64,000 nucleotides of DNA from Octopus sinensis (Eukaryota), in NCBI RefSeq assembly GCF_006345805.1, contig NC_043004.1:100564001-100628000 (forward strand), given 5' to 3'. Below, piece after piece: positions 1 through 12,761 of this stretch (its first letter is position 1; every line of letters begins with the position of its first letter). The notes beneath the pieces are model-generated. The model ran no database searches and had not been told where the DNA came from. It worked only from the letters and a program-made list of their open reading frames with translations. The position numbers and the translations under genes are program-made.

Positions 1-290
1 TGACTCGACAAGGAACAAACAACAAAACAGTTTTACTCACTATAATAAACAGTCCAAATAGCAACAGCTCGTTTAGATACTGCTTCCTTTCTTCAGTAGT
101 GATATATCATAGAAACTGCAAAATTATAACTATGTAACTCAAAATTTTGATTCTCATTCACTTCCACATTCTAATAACCTCATTTAATTCCTAATTGTCT
201 AATCGTAGACAATTATATTCGTTTCATTATCAAACTTGCAATTTGTTATATACTTTTAAACAAATGGGTAAATTTAAGATTCGTTAGGGT
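1..290 (+). pseudogene. Possible Penelope-like GIY-YIG C-terminal remnant
   Basis: Broken frames give RNKQQNSFTHYNKQSK ... NCLIV...FIIK...LLNKWVNL, loosely like the PLE motif H.NSF.H....CNLCL.EK..I...LLNKR.EL; many stops and frameshifts. Confidence 0.2.
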
Positions 291-1060
291 TTCCTAACAG
301 AAGATAACTTCATCATAATTTGTTTTTCGGCCTCTTTCGAAAGACAAGTCTGTCTTTTATATTTTATTTACTTGATTCTAATGCATTTTCTGTTTTGTTT
401 CTTTTATTCTAATGTATTCTAATTTTAAAATATAATTTATATTTTAATTTGCATTGCAATGTATTCTCTTTCACACGGTTTCTCTTAATTAGACATTATA
501 CGTTTTCTTAGTTAGAAATATAATTAGATAATTCCAATGGTTTAACGCATATCAAATTATCTTCACTAACAATTGTAAATTACCTGTATGCATATTGTTT
601 TGACACATGTCTGGGAATCCTAAATGTATAGAAATGTTGTATATTTATATGATCGTATATCTAAGTAGTTCTCCAAGCATTTGCTTCAATTTAGAGTTAA
701 TACACGCACATGTACGCATATACAAAGGTGTTTCTAAAGTCAATTAATGAAATCTTCATATACATACAAAGAGTTCTCTCTCACTATCTCTTTCTCTCTC
801 TCTCACTTTATATATATATATACCTCTATTTTTATCTCTCTTTATCCCTTTATCTCTCTCTGTCTCTTTATCTCTCTTTTTTCCTCTCTCTCTCTCTCTA
901 TATATATATATCCCTGTATGTGTGCGTGGGATTGTATGTGTGTGTATGCATATATATATATACATATATATATACACACTCATATACTGAGACCTTCAGA
1001 TAATGTTATTCTTTACAAATTACATCTACAAAAGAATGCGTATGTTATAGATAGCCAGAT

Positions 1061-1083
1061 AGATAGATAGAGATCGATCGATT

Positions 1084-1147
<64 letters not shown>

Positions 1148-1160
1148 TACAGATAGATGT
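1061..1160 (+). repeat. (GATA)n/(GACA)n microsatellite without a Tx1 insertion
   Basis: Direct reading. Confidence 0.95.
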
Positions 1161-1365
1161 ATGTATGTGCATGTATATATATATATATATATATATAAAT
1201 ATATATACATAGTATATACCTATATATATATATATAATAATTTACGTATATAAAAAAATATATGTATCTACTTACATACACACACACATATACAAGCATA
1301 CATACATCTATATTTATATATATATATATATTCTCTGGGCGAGATATAAACTGCAGCAGCACGAC

Positions 1366-1549
1366 ATCGTGAAGTATATTTGCCACCTGAATGTGGCTGA
1401 TCCGTAAAGAACGATGCTACTGAAGTTTATAGCCCCAGGAACACATCTCCTCCAGGTGGCTATTAATAAGCCAGCTGGAGGAGATTTCTTCCTGGGGCCA
1501 TAAACTACAGTAGCATCATCCCATTTAGGTAGCAGATATACTTTACGAT
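1366..1549. repeat. Imperfect foldback (MITE-like) element
   Basis: gatgctactgaagtttatagccccaggaa...tggct-attaata-agcca...ttcctggggccataaactacagtagcatc; the left-arm sequence recurs near 44205-44290. Confidence 0.75.
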
Positions 1550-1569
1550 ATATATATATATATATTGGT

Positions 1570-2030
1570 TGATTTCCTGTATAGTATTCTTGTTATTTTC
1601 TCGTTTTGTAACTAATTGTACTTTTTGTACATGTATTTTTATTTTTGCAGTTTTACCGTTTGTCTATGCCAGAAAAAAGGCTTTTTCGTTCGTCCTCTTG
1701 TGTTTGTTTTTGTACATGTATTTTAATTTTGCAGTCTTATTGTTACGTCTTGTTTGTGTTCGTACTCATTTTGCCCCGCTGCTTGGAATTTTATTTTAAT
1801 TCTCTCGCAGGAAGGCCTATTGGATTAGTGTTCTGTTATGCCTTCGAAACATGCCTGACTCCTCTAGCGACAGCTGATGACGGGGGTTTTGTCCTTGTGT
1901 AGCTCGTCCTGTATTTGTTTTTCGTTTTCTTGTTTTTCGTTTTCCGTTTTCTTGTTTTTTGTTTTTTGGCTTTTTCCGTTTCTCTGTCTTATTGTGATGT
2001 CCTGTACTCCCGTATAATTATTTATATATG
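1570..2030 (+). mobile_element. Penelope-pLTR-like T-rich dispersed repeat
   Basis: Shares the cgcagga...cgaaac/tatg...cgacagct.atga architecture with minus-strand copies at about 4555-4800 and 39720-39990; flanked by (TA)n. Confidence 0.4.
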
Positions 2031-2497
2031 CATCTATATATACATGTAGATGTAGGTACGTACATATATGTTTGTATGTATGCATATATTTTTATTTATC
2101 TCCTATATATATATATATATATATATACATATCCTTTTTTATATACATCCTTTTTTATAATTTTACAAGCCCAAGATTATTACTTGAAAATCACAAGACA
2201 CACTTCGATAAAATCCATCTGATTAGGCTGTGCCTAATATATATTTATGCATTTATGCAATAACTTCTAATTTGAATAAATTAGCAGTTCTTTAAATCAT
2301 ATATTCAGCAATTATCCTTCATTAGTTTTATGCTGCCATTAATATCTCAAGATCATCTGCCACTAGATTTAATAGTTTTGTACATATTCTTCATTCCAAA
2401 AGATATCGGATCCATTTTATTATTACTTGAATTATAATAGATTTAACCTACCGAAATAGTTTCTTCATTTACCAAAGTATATTATCTCTTATTATAA

Positions 2498-2870
2498 TCT
2501 CTCTATATATAAACGACAAAATGTCTGCGTGCGTGTCCTTTATACAAATCCACAATTTTTCAGTTAGAGGGCTCGCACTTTCTATGGTCATTCAAAACCA
2601 CCCAAGGGTGGTCGTGCACACCTTTACATTTCCCCAGTCACCCCGTAAATCCATTAAAAAATCAATAGAAGTGACTTTTTTTGTGAATTTTCTATCCAAA
2701 ACCCAATCAAAATGCCCGAAACTTGATACGCCAATTGAATGCCAGCTAGCTGTGTGTGATTGGTCGGAGATTTGGACAGTACTCGCGTGTATGTGCGCAC
2801 GCACGCACACACGCAGCTGTATATGCATGCACTAGCACTATGACCCGGTGTTGCCGGGTCATAGTGCTAG
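2498..2870 (+). mobile_element. Non-autonomous Helitron-like element
   Basis: 5' A|TCTCTCTATATATAAA; 3' hairpin gacccgg-tgttg-ccgggtc then CTAG|T; inserted between A and T, no TSD. Confidence 0.75.
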
Positions 2871-3280
2871 TCTACCATAAAATACCTGTTGTTTTACCAT
2901 GATAAATTTATTGGAATATTGTACTGGATAAAATACTAGCAACAGCAAATTTTCTTAATTCTTATTATTTTCCATTCGTTTTTCGTGCTTTTCTTCTTAA
3001 AGTTCGTTTCTTTATGTCAATTAATAACCAAGCTTGCTTTGTTATTATTTAGTTGGTTATTACTCCTGTTATTTGGAATATTGTTAGACATTTACAGTTC
3101 TTTTCCAGTTAGGTAATAAGTAATATAGAAAATTTGTGGTTGATAGGTGTTCCGATGATCTCGCAGAATGCCTTGGACCTGAAAAAGAAAAACTGAAAAC
3201 CAATTCCGCTGGTTTTTCAACCTGGATACGATATAGTGTATTCATAAATACAAGCCTTATTACAGGAGTACTGATGATTA

Positions 3281-3666
3281 GTGGAGGCGCAATGGCCCAG
3301 TGGTTAGGGCAGCGGACTCGCGGTCATAGGATCGCGGTTTCGATTTCCAGACCGGGCGTTGTGAGTGTTTATTGAGCGAAAACACCTAAAAGCCCCACGA
3401 GGCTCCGGCAGGGGATGGTGGTGATCCCTGCTGTACTCTTTCACCACAACTTTCTCTCACTCTTACTTCCTGTTTCTGTTGTACCTGTATTTTAAAGGGC
3501 CGGCCTTGTCACTCTCTGTGTCACGCTGAATATCCCCGAGAACTGCGTTAAGGGTACACGTGTCTGTGGAGTGCTCAGCCACTTACACGTTAATTTCACG
3601 AGCAGGCTGTTCCTTTGATTCGGATCAACCGGAACCCTCGTCGTCGTAACCGACGGAGTGCTTCCC
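3281..3666 (+). mobile_element. tRNA-derived SINE, family C, tail type 1
   Basis: A box tggcccagtgg, B-box-like ggtttcgatttc; full-length homologue at 43816-44184. Confidence 0.85.
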
Positions 3667-4080
3667 ACTGATGGTTAGGATAGTCTCTGCAGCACCGGAA
3701 TTATAGTCAGCCGAGCCCCTCCGTTACGTGCGCTGATCCACAAAACCGTATCCTATGAACTCGTACAATATTCGAGCATGGCTGACTAATGAAATTATGA
3801 TGAACAGCTGTTGTAGCGCCTCGGATAGTGGAGGCAGTCAACCAAATCCATTGTATCAGTTCACTGCTTTCTATTTATCAGAGAAAAACACAGCGTACGT
3901 TTTGCATGAAATTCATTCCGTTAATGTATGTGTTTCAGTATGAGTTTCTGTCAGTGTGCAGGCATGCAAGTGCCTGTATGTGTGTGTACATTAGTGTATG
4001 TACGTGTGCGTGTGTGTGTGTGTATGCGTGCATTATAATATAAATTATATATATATATATATATATGATATAAATTATAT

Positions 4081-4369
4081 CACGTGATCACGTGACCGAC
4101 CAGACCATCAGATGTTGTTACACATCGCTGGTCACAATGCGTTCGCATTGTTTTAGCCTTCGAATGACGCCACCCCGCTGGCTAAGTGAGCAGGCCAATA
4201 GAAGAAAGAGTGGTGAAATAGTACAGTAGGGATCACCACCCCCTGCCCGGAGCCTCGTGGAGCTTTTAGGTGTTTTCGCTCAATAAACACTCACAACGCC
4301 CGGTATGGGAAACCGCGATCCTACGACCGCGAGTCCGCTGCCCTAACCACTGGGCCATTGCGCCTCCAC
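4081..4369 (-). mobile_element. tRNA-derived SINE, family C head, tail type 2
   Basis: Same head as 3281; different 3' part ending in (cacgtgat)2; 11-bp TSD ATAAATTATAT at 4070-4080 and 4370-4380. Confidence 0.85.
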
Positions 4370-4478
<109 letters not shown>

Positions 4479-4806
4479 GCATATATATATATATATGTGC
4501 ATATATACATACGTATATGTGCATTCTTACATATATACGTATATACATATGAACTTGTTTTTGCGAACAACGAAAGAAACAAGTGGAAAACAGGACAAAC
4601 AACAGAAAGAACGATCTTTCATTAGCTGTCGGCTGTTTTTCTAATCCATATTTCGAGCAAATCATGACAAGATACGCCTTCGATAAAACAGTTGCTCCTG
4701 CGAAGCAAATTAATTTGGGGTTTTGCGGAAGGGTAACAAATACAGGATAGTGAAAACAAACAGGAAGGGTTGCTAAGTCCAAAGGAGATTACGGCAGCGT
4801 TACTGG

Positions 4807-5260
4807 ATATTAATAGTTATCGCCATACTAATATGGCAGTCTATAAATAAAAGACTAAAGCTGTCGCTGATTTGCTCCAAGAGGCCACCGCTTCTAGCTA
4901 GCTATATGACACACGAACCTGCGTCCATTACAACCTTCGAACAGGGGAGGTCAGCCGCTTCACCTTGCTAGTCAGACATCTGCAGACATGTTTCAGGGTT
5001 GTTGCCCTTTATCAATGCAGCGTAGTCAGAACCAGCAGGTGTCGCTACTGACTGTCTGTTCGAAGATTTTATTTACCTAGTTACATGTATGCAGATGTCT
5101 GACTAGCAAGGTGAAGCGGCTGACCTCCCCTGTTCGAAGGTTATAATGGATGCAGGTTCGTGTGTCATATAGCTAGCTAGAGGCGGTGGCCTCTTGGAGC
5201 TAATCAGCGACAACTTTAGTCTTTTATTTATAGACTGCCATATTAGTATGGCGATAACTA

Positions 5261-5267
<7 letters not shown>
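4807..5267. repeat. Inverted repeat, 185-bp arms and 91-bp spacer, with a decayed hammerhead motif
   Basis: 4807-4991 is the near-perfect reverse complement of 5083-5267; minus strand 4980-5021 reads ctgca-TTGATAA-aggg-caacaa-ccct-GAAAC-AT-GTC-tgcag. Confidence 0.9.
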
Positions 5268-5326
<59 letters not shown>

Positions 5327-5909
5327 TGTATGTATGTATATAATCTTTAATTCTTTCAGCTTCAAAATTGCGGTCATGCTGGGACACCACCGTTAAATAT
5401 ACATATATGTGTGGGTGGGTGTGGAGATAGAGAGGGGGAGAGAGAGAGAGAAAGAGAGGGAGAGCAAGAGAGAGAGAGAAGAGAAAGAGAGGGAGAGCAA
5501 GAGAGAGAGAGAAAGAGAGGGAGAGCAAGAGAGAGAGAGAGAAAGGCGGAGAGAATGCAGATCATGTATGTTTCCATGAGTCTACTTTTAGGTGTGGACA
5601 GAGGCAGACGGAGATTGTGCGCATAATAATAAACTTGTACACGTGCAGAGGATAACTGAACGTATCTAAAATTTCAAATTTAGCGTTGAAATGGAAAAAT
5701 ATAATTTAAGACCACACACAGATCTGTCGATACGTATATCTTTTTATCGACACGCGCACGCACATCATACACGCATACGAACAATGACATACAAATGCAC
5801 ATGTACGTACACAAACGCACAGACATAGATATGAGGGAGCGGGAATGTATACTTACGTTGCTAAACATGTGCCAGAGAATGTATGTAAAATTTTCGATGC
5901 ATGTATATG

Positions 5910-5952
<43 letters not shown>

Positions 5953-5989
5953 TATTAAAAAAAATTTTTTAAAAAATCAAAAAAATATA

Positions 5990-6019
5990 TATATGTATGT
6001 TTGTATGTATGTATGTATG

Positions 6020-6070
<51 letters not shown>

Positions 6071-6331
6071 CGTTGTATTATGTATGTATTATATGATGTA
6101 TGTATGGTATGTTATATGTATGTATGTTATGTATGTATGTATGTATGTATTGTATGTAGTGTGTGGATGGTTGTATGGGTGTGTATTATGTATGTGATGT
6201 ATGGGTATGTAGGTATGTTGTATGTATTATATGTATGTATGATGTATGTATGTATGTATGTATGTATGTGTGTGTATGTATGTATGTATGTATGTATGTA
6301 TGTATGTATGTATGGATGTATTATGTATATG

Positions 6332-6363
<32 letters not shown>

Positions 6364-6390
6364 TGTATGTATGTATATATATGTGTTCAT
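5990..6390 (+). repeat. (TATG)n/(TA)n compound microsatellite
   Basis: Direct reading; source of spurious MYVC ORFs. Confidence 0.95.
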
Positions 6391-6742
6391 GCATGCAAGG
6401 AATTCGGTTGATAACAGTATCGCTAAATGTCTATGAGAACCCATATTTTATATCAACCAATAGATTAAGGTATTTTATACAGAGTTTGATAATTCACCGG
6501 GAAATATTCGGTTCAGTAACTAGAATCAACAAAATTAAAGATTACAGGGAAATCGTTTCATATTCAGCTGGTGCTAATGGAATCATATACTGGAATATAA
6601 ATATATGTATATATGAAATTTATATATATGTACAAATGTGTGAATGTGTATATGTGTATGTACACACACACAAACACACACACACATATATATCTATGCA
6701 TACATACATGACTACAAATATGTATGCAAATGTATGCATATG

Positions 6743-7578
6743 CAGGATGCGATAGGTAAATTGTCGCATTTTTATACTTTTAATTTTGCGCATATGCATT
6801 GTTTGTTTTTGATTTTGTCGACTACTAAGTATAGTAGGGTCAGATGGGCACTGTCGGTGGGGAAACCAGCACCATGATGCAATTCACTCTGCCAGAAATT
6901 TGGAAACGATATGATGTATTGCTTGGCATTTGCGCCGGAAGCTCCAATACGAACATTTTAGAGTGTTTGGGTGTCAATCTGACCACAGTGCTGAGGATTC
7001 AAAAAGAGTTGGATGAGTCTAATGGCAATTATGAAGGTACAGCAACTCGGAACACACTCTAATCGTTCTAATAAGAAAAGAACTCCTTAATTTGTTGGTG
7101 AAGCCCAGGCCATGATTGACAACGATCCCTTCAAGTCAACCAGGTTTATCTGTCAGGATCAGATGGTGAACACACAGAACGTGTACCCAAAACATGTACC
7201 GAGAGTGATAAAAATCAAACGTGCAGTCAATGTATTGGTGTTTGGGGTGATTAAATTGGCTATCAAACAATCTCTACGACCACATCATCCCTAACATCTG
7301 GCCACCTAACTCCCTAGACTGCAACCCCCTTGATTATTATGTGTGGGGCGCAGTTGAGCGAGAGACCAACAACACTCCTTGTAACACCAAAAATGAACTG
7401 AAAGCAAGCATTATGGCAGCATTCACTAACTTAAACAAGGAGACCATCCAGAAAAGTTGCAGGAGATTCCAAAGTCGTCTGGAGGCCGTGGTTGAAGCCA
7501 AAAGCGATTTCATTGAATAGATTAACTCTTTAGTATTTCGAGATATTTTTATGTAATTTTGGTAAATATTTGTTAAAA
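6743..7578 (+). mobile_element. Internally deleted Tc1/mariner (maT/DD37D-like) DNA transposon
   Basis: Imperfect 23-bp TIRs (caggatgcgataggtaaattgtc / reverse complement cagggtgcggtgaataaattgtc), TA at the right end; N-terminal HTH-like ORF 6844-7062; C-terminus WPPNSLDCNPLDYYVWGAVE...RRFQSRLEAVVEAKSDFIE*. Confidence 0.85.
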
Positions 7579-7668
7579 TGAGATGACAGCGTTATTTTCA
7601 TTTTTGTGCAATTTAGACAATTTATTCACCGCACCCTGTACATGCGTATATGCTTATGTGTTTGTGTA

Positions 7669-7723
<55 letters not shown>

Positions 7724-7852
7724 TGAACATTAGCATATATGTATTTATATCTATGTGTGTGATTTTAGGTTGACAGACAGGCAGATAGACTTACAGACAA
7801 GACTAACTGACTGACTGACTGACTGACAGACTGACAGACTGACAGACAGACT

Positions 7853-7894
<42 letters not shown>

Positions 7895-8199
7895 TAGATA
7901 CATTTCTCGTCTCTGTCGAACATAATTGACTTTGAATGTATGGGTATTTCACAGACATGTATCTTAACTTCATTCTTAGGCTGATTCAGCGTGATACAAT
8001 GTGTATCAAACTGAGCTGTTGGGAAGCAGACACAATGAATCTGATAAGAGTTTGTTGCTTTTTTTCTTTGCTTTTTATTTTTCACTTTCCGTACCACGAT
8101 TTCACAGACAAGATATGGGTTGGCTCGACGTCCTAGAAAAGGTTAATTTCTCAAAATGACAGGTAATGAAAGCGAACTGAAGGAGTTTGCTGTTGCAAG

Positions 8200-8800
8200 G
8201 TGAATTTCTTACATATTCGGCTATATGTCTGTGAGATACCCTGTACATGCATTTGATGGCCATCACCTCTTTGATGAATTTGATCTCTTCTTGTACTCGT
8301 AATTGATTTTTTCCTAGCGTGGGGTCTCAAATTACCTTTGAGCCTTGAAAGTCATTTGAAGAACTGATCACATATACAGCAGTAATGTCTCGTTTGAGCA
8401 CTGGCTCCATTTTCCGCGTGTATAGTATGAGCGTTCAAGTGCCGCTTCAGGGTTTTGGGGGTTTTGTTTTGTTTTCTTTTGTTTTATTATATATTTTTTT
8501 GCATTGAAAGTGGCCATCCACAATGAAATTCAAAACCTGGAATGAAATCTTAATGCCTTAACCAAACAGGCACGCTGTTGCGATCTCATACCAGAGTAAA
8601 TTATGCATACTTTATGCATAAAGAACATTTAAAGAAGGAAATAGAAACACTCAACGCTATTGATATCAATCCTGTTTTTACGAAATTTTCTTTTGATTTC
8701 AACCTGCTTTTTACTCTGTCAAGCTCAAAATCTTCCGCACCACTCCAAATCGTAGATCTCCACGCTTTCCCCATTTTCTGCAAGTGGTGATTCAAGAGTT
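8200..8800 (-). pseudogene. Decayed C2H2 zinc-finger coding remnant
   Basis: Minus frames: FKCSLC..; FQCKK...KTLKRHLNAH; HYCCICDQFFK*LSRLKGNLRPHARKK; stops and frameshifts throughout. Confidence 0.35.
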
Positions 8801-9330
8801 TTGTAACTTGATTTAAGGCATTTCAAATTTGATTTTAAAGCATCTTTGTATCTGCGAATATTTATAGTTAGTTGAACTTGATATTTGAGACGCCGTTTAG
8901 ACAGACTATGAAGTGAAACGATTCGATCACAGTCCCTTGGGAAACACTACCGGTGGCTGACACTGGGTTTCATTGTCCGTCACAAACAAGTCGGGTTCTT
9001 TTCACCGAGAAATAATTTATCTAGTGTAGTAATTAACCACGGATTCCAATACTGGACAACTTTTACAGTGGGGCGTAGTCGTAGATTTCTTTGCCGAAAT
9101 CAAGGTATGTAACATCAGAGTTCGCACCCTCTCTCTTGCAAACACTGTTACAGGAATCAGCTATATTTTTAATGAAATATATACTTTACCTCTCACTTAA
9201 TATAGAAACTATGATTAACCCGTTAACATTCAGATTTCATTGTCAAATGTATTGTATTTGAATTAATCACTCAATATCCAGAAACTTCAAGATCCCATTG
9301 ATGCGTTTGTATATTTTTAGAATGACATTG

Positions 9331-9482
9331 TGTTGTGTGGACGCCCCCAGACGATGAAGTAGGCTAGCCCAATACGTAGATATAGAGGGAGAAGCCTAGA
9401 CGTCTGGAGAGTAGTAGAGAAGAGCAGAGTGGAGTTGAGTAGAAGGCATCCGAACGTGCGACATAACAGTGGCGATGTGGAT
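9331..9482 (+). mobile_element. Short LTR-like remnant with a PBS-like motif
   Basis: TGTTGTGT...ACATAACA termini (7/8 inverted match) followed by gTGGCGAtgtggat. Confidence 0.35.
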
Positions 9483-9575
9483 TTTGTAGCTCACACAGCC
9501 ACTGTGTAGTATTGCGATATAACACATTGCTGGGAAAGTGTGAAAAGTTGAATCTGGTCAGTTTTTAAACATATC

Positions 9576-9798
9576 TATTTCTTTACTACCCACAAGGGGC
9601 TATACATAGAGGGGACAAACAAGGACAGACAAAGAGATTAAGTCGATTACATCGACCCCAATGCGTAACTGGTCCTTAATTTATCGACCCCGAAAGGATG
9701 AAAGGCAAAGTCGACCTCGGTGGAATTTGAACTCAGAACGTAACGACAGACGAAATACGGCTACGCATTTCGCCCGGCGTGCTAACATTTCTGCCAGC
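9576..9798 (-). mobile_element. tRNA-derived CORE-SINE, family A
   Basis: CORE gaggtcgactttgcctttcatcctttcggggtcgataaattaag on the minus strand; TSD TAAACATATC. Confidence 0.9.
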
Positions 9799-10368
9799 TA
9801 AACATATCAAAGCAGAATATTTGAGCCGGATTTGGTCGGATTAAATGTTAAAGGGTTAAACAGTAGGAGTGTCCGTAACTTAGCTGGAAGATGAGATTGA
9901 TTACTTACAACATGTGGTAACCACTTGAGACCTCGCTTTGGGTCCTCCTAGAAGCTGACATAATTTTGGAAAACTACTTATGTAAAACAAATATTATCAG
10001 CTCTCAGTAATCACATATATATTGTGGGCTAATAATTACCTACGTGGATTATTTTATTAGGGTCACGTACACACTGTATTTGAAATTAAATTTGTCATCA
10101 CGATTAGAAAGTTGCTTAAATAAACTTATATTCAAATATGCTTTTAAAATAGATCGCTTGGTTAATACACGAGGGATTCAGAGAACAAACAGGAGAAAAG
10201 ATTAGATAGATTAGTTTAGGATCTAGCTAAATCCACGTAAGTTTTAGATTACTTCCTCGTAGCTGCTGGGAAAATATAGTGATAACGCTTATGGAAAATG
10301 TAAACGATATCAGTAATGAACAGGCATTTACACACCAATCTATTTTCACTGTGAGGTTAAATATGAAA

Positions 10369-10772
10369 GAGTGGCTGTGTGGTAAGTAGCTTGCTTACCA
10401 ACCGCATGGTTCCGGGTTCAGTCCCACTGCGTGGCACCTTGCGCAAGTGTCTTCAACTGTAGCCTCGGGCCGACCAAAGCCTTGTGAGTAGATTTAGTAG
10501 ACGGAAACTGAAAGAAGCCCGTTGTATATATGTATGCATGTGTGTATACGTTTGTGTGTTTGTGCTTGTCACCCCCCCCCCCCCAACATCGCTTGACAAC
10601 CGATGCTGGTGTGTTACGTCCCGTAACTTAGCGGTTCGGCAAAAGAGAGCGATAGAATAAGTACTAGGCTTACAAAGAATAAGTCCTGAGGTCGATTCGC
10701 TCGGCTAAAGGTGGTGCCCCAGCATGGCCACAGTCAAATGACTGAAACAAGTAAAAGATAAAAGATAAAAAG
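10369..10772 (+). mobile_element. tRNA-derived SINE, family B (internal TA/TG tract)
   Basis: gagtggctgtgtggtaag...ggttcagtccc head; tail aaatgactgaaacaagtaaaaga. Confidence 0.9.
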
Positions 10773-11159
10773 ATGAAAATTTGATGTCTAAAAGCGTGTT
10801 CTGTTCGCTGGAGTGTGAGAAACAGACACACAGACAGACAGACAGACAGACAGACCGTGACAGAGACAGAGACAGAGACAGACAGACAGAGACATACATA
10901 CAGACAGATAGGCAAGCAGGCAGACGGAGACCGACTGACAGACAGGCAGGCAGACGGACAAAGAGAGAGAGAGAGAGAGAGACCGACCGACACACAGAGG
11001 CAGTGTACGGTGCTCAAGGGGAGAGAATTACTTCCTTTTTCTCTTTTGCTTTATGTGGAGAAATTCTTATCGGAGGGTGAAAAAATGAAGAGAGGCAAGA
11101 GCATACGTGTTTTCTCATACGATTCTTTTATTATTGATGTTTAAGATTTACTTTGAAGA

Positions 11160-11233
11160 CTAAGATGATGAAGCTGGAGGAATAATGATGACAATGATGA
11201 TGGCAACGACGACGACGACGACCACGACGATGT

Positions 11234-11283
<50 letters not shown>

Positions 11284-11627
11284 TTGATGGTGGTAGTGGT
11301 GGTTGTTTCTGTCATTTTGACTGCGGCTATGCTGGGGCACTACTTGATCCTCCTCCTCCTCCTCCTCCTCCTCCTCCTCCTCATCATCATCATCATCATC
11401 ATCATTATTATTATTATTATTATTATTCAGTAGTTTTCATTTTATAGCGTGCTTTCACTTCACTACAGAGCGCAGCTCTGTGGGCCTTGGGTATGTGCTG
11501 TGATTTGTTGTGATGGTTATTGTATGGAAAGTGTTCTGCGTAGGATGTGTGCAGTGCCAATAGTGCAATTTTCTGTATGTTATATGTGTTTGTAAGTCCT
11601 GGTGTTTTTGTTATATATTTGTCTGAA

Positions 11628-11687
<60 letters not shown>

Positions 11688-11760
11688 CATCATCATCATT
11701 ATTATTGTTATTAATACGACAATGATAATGACAGTGATGTTGTTATTATTGATCTTTGTG
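11160..11760 (+). repeat. Compound trinucleotide array (ATG/ACG/GAT/GGT/TCC/TCA/TTA)
   Basis: Direct reading. Confidence 0.95.
11428..11627 (-). mobile_element. R4/Dong-like LINE 3' end embedded in (TAA)n
   Basis: Minus strand encodes KYITKTPGLTNTYNIQKIALL[G]TAHILRRTLSIQ* (one frameshift), the usual R4-clade C-terminus; (ATT)n on both sides. Confidence 0.7.
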
Positions 11761-12059
11761 ACCATGAAGATATTGTGTTTTTTGGTGATGTTAGAGAGAT
11801 GGGATAATTATGAAGACGGTTAGGATGTTGTTGTGGATGGTGGCAGCATTACTGCTAAATGTCGACTGTGATGTTGTCATAATATTAGAGATAATTAATC
11901 CATTCATATATGTGTGTGTGTGTGTGCGCGCGTATGTGTGTATGTGTATTTTTCTCTTCTGTTTTTAATTATTCAAATTCTACCCCTGGTTTCTAGCAAA
12001 GATACAAAGCTCCATCATTTGAATGTAGATAACAAAAGTAATGTCACTTTTTAAACTTC

Positions 12060-12218
12060 AGAAAAGTCTTGCATAGTTTTACTGTTCCGCTTATAGACTG
12101 TGAATATGTATGCGCGTGTGTGTATGTATATATGTATGTATGCATGTATGTATCTATGTATGTATGCATGAATGCATCTATATATGTATCAATGCTTTGA
12201 CACACACACACACACACG

Positions 12219-12308
<90 letters not shown>

Positions 12309-12636
12309 TATATATATATAACGGGAAGCTTTATGAAAATAAACAAAAGACGAAGGCAGGTTTACGGAAATAAACAAAATACGAAGGCAGGTGGAATACA
12401 AACAAACAATTGTATTAGTATGGCGCTCAGGAATATAAATAAAACAAGTCTTTTACGTTTCGAGCCTACGCTCTTCAACAGAAAGATACACAGAGAAGAA
12501 ACACACAAAGAAAGAGAGAAAAAAAAATGCGTGCAGAGGCTAGCGAATCAACATGGCGATCTGATTTCGGCCAGAAGTCAAATATCAAACGTGAGACGCA
12601 AGAGCGAAATTAGGGGAGATAATAGGGTTAAATGAC

Positions 12637-12694
<58 letters not shown>

Positions 12695-12721
12695 TGAATG
12701 CATCTATATATGTATCTATGC

Positions 12722-12761
<40 letters not shown>

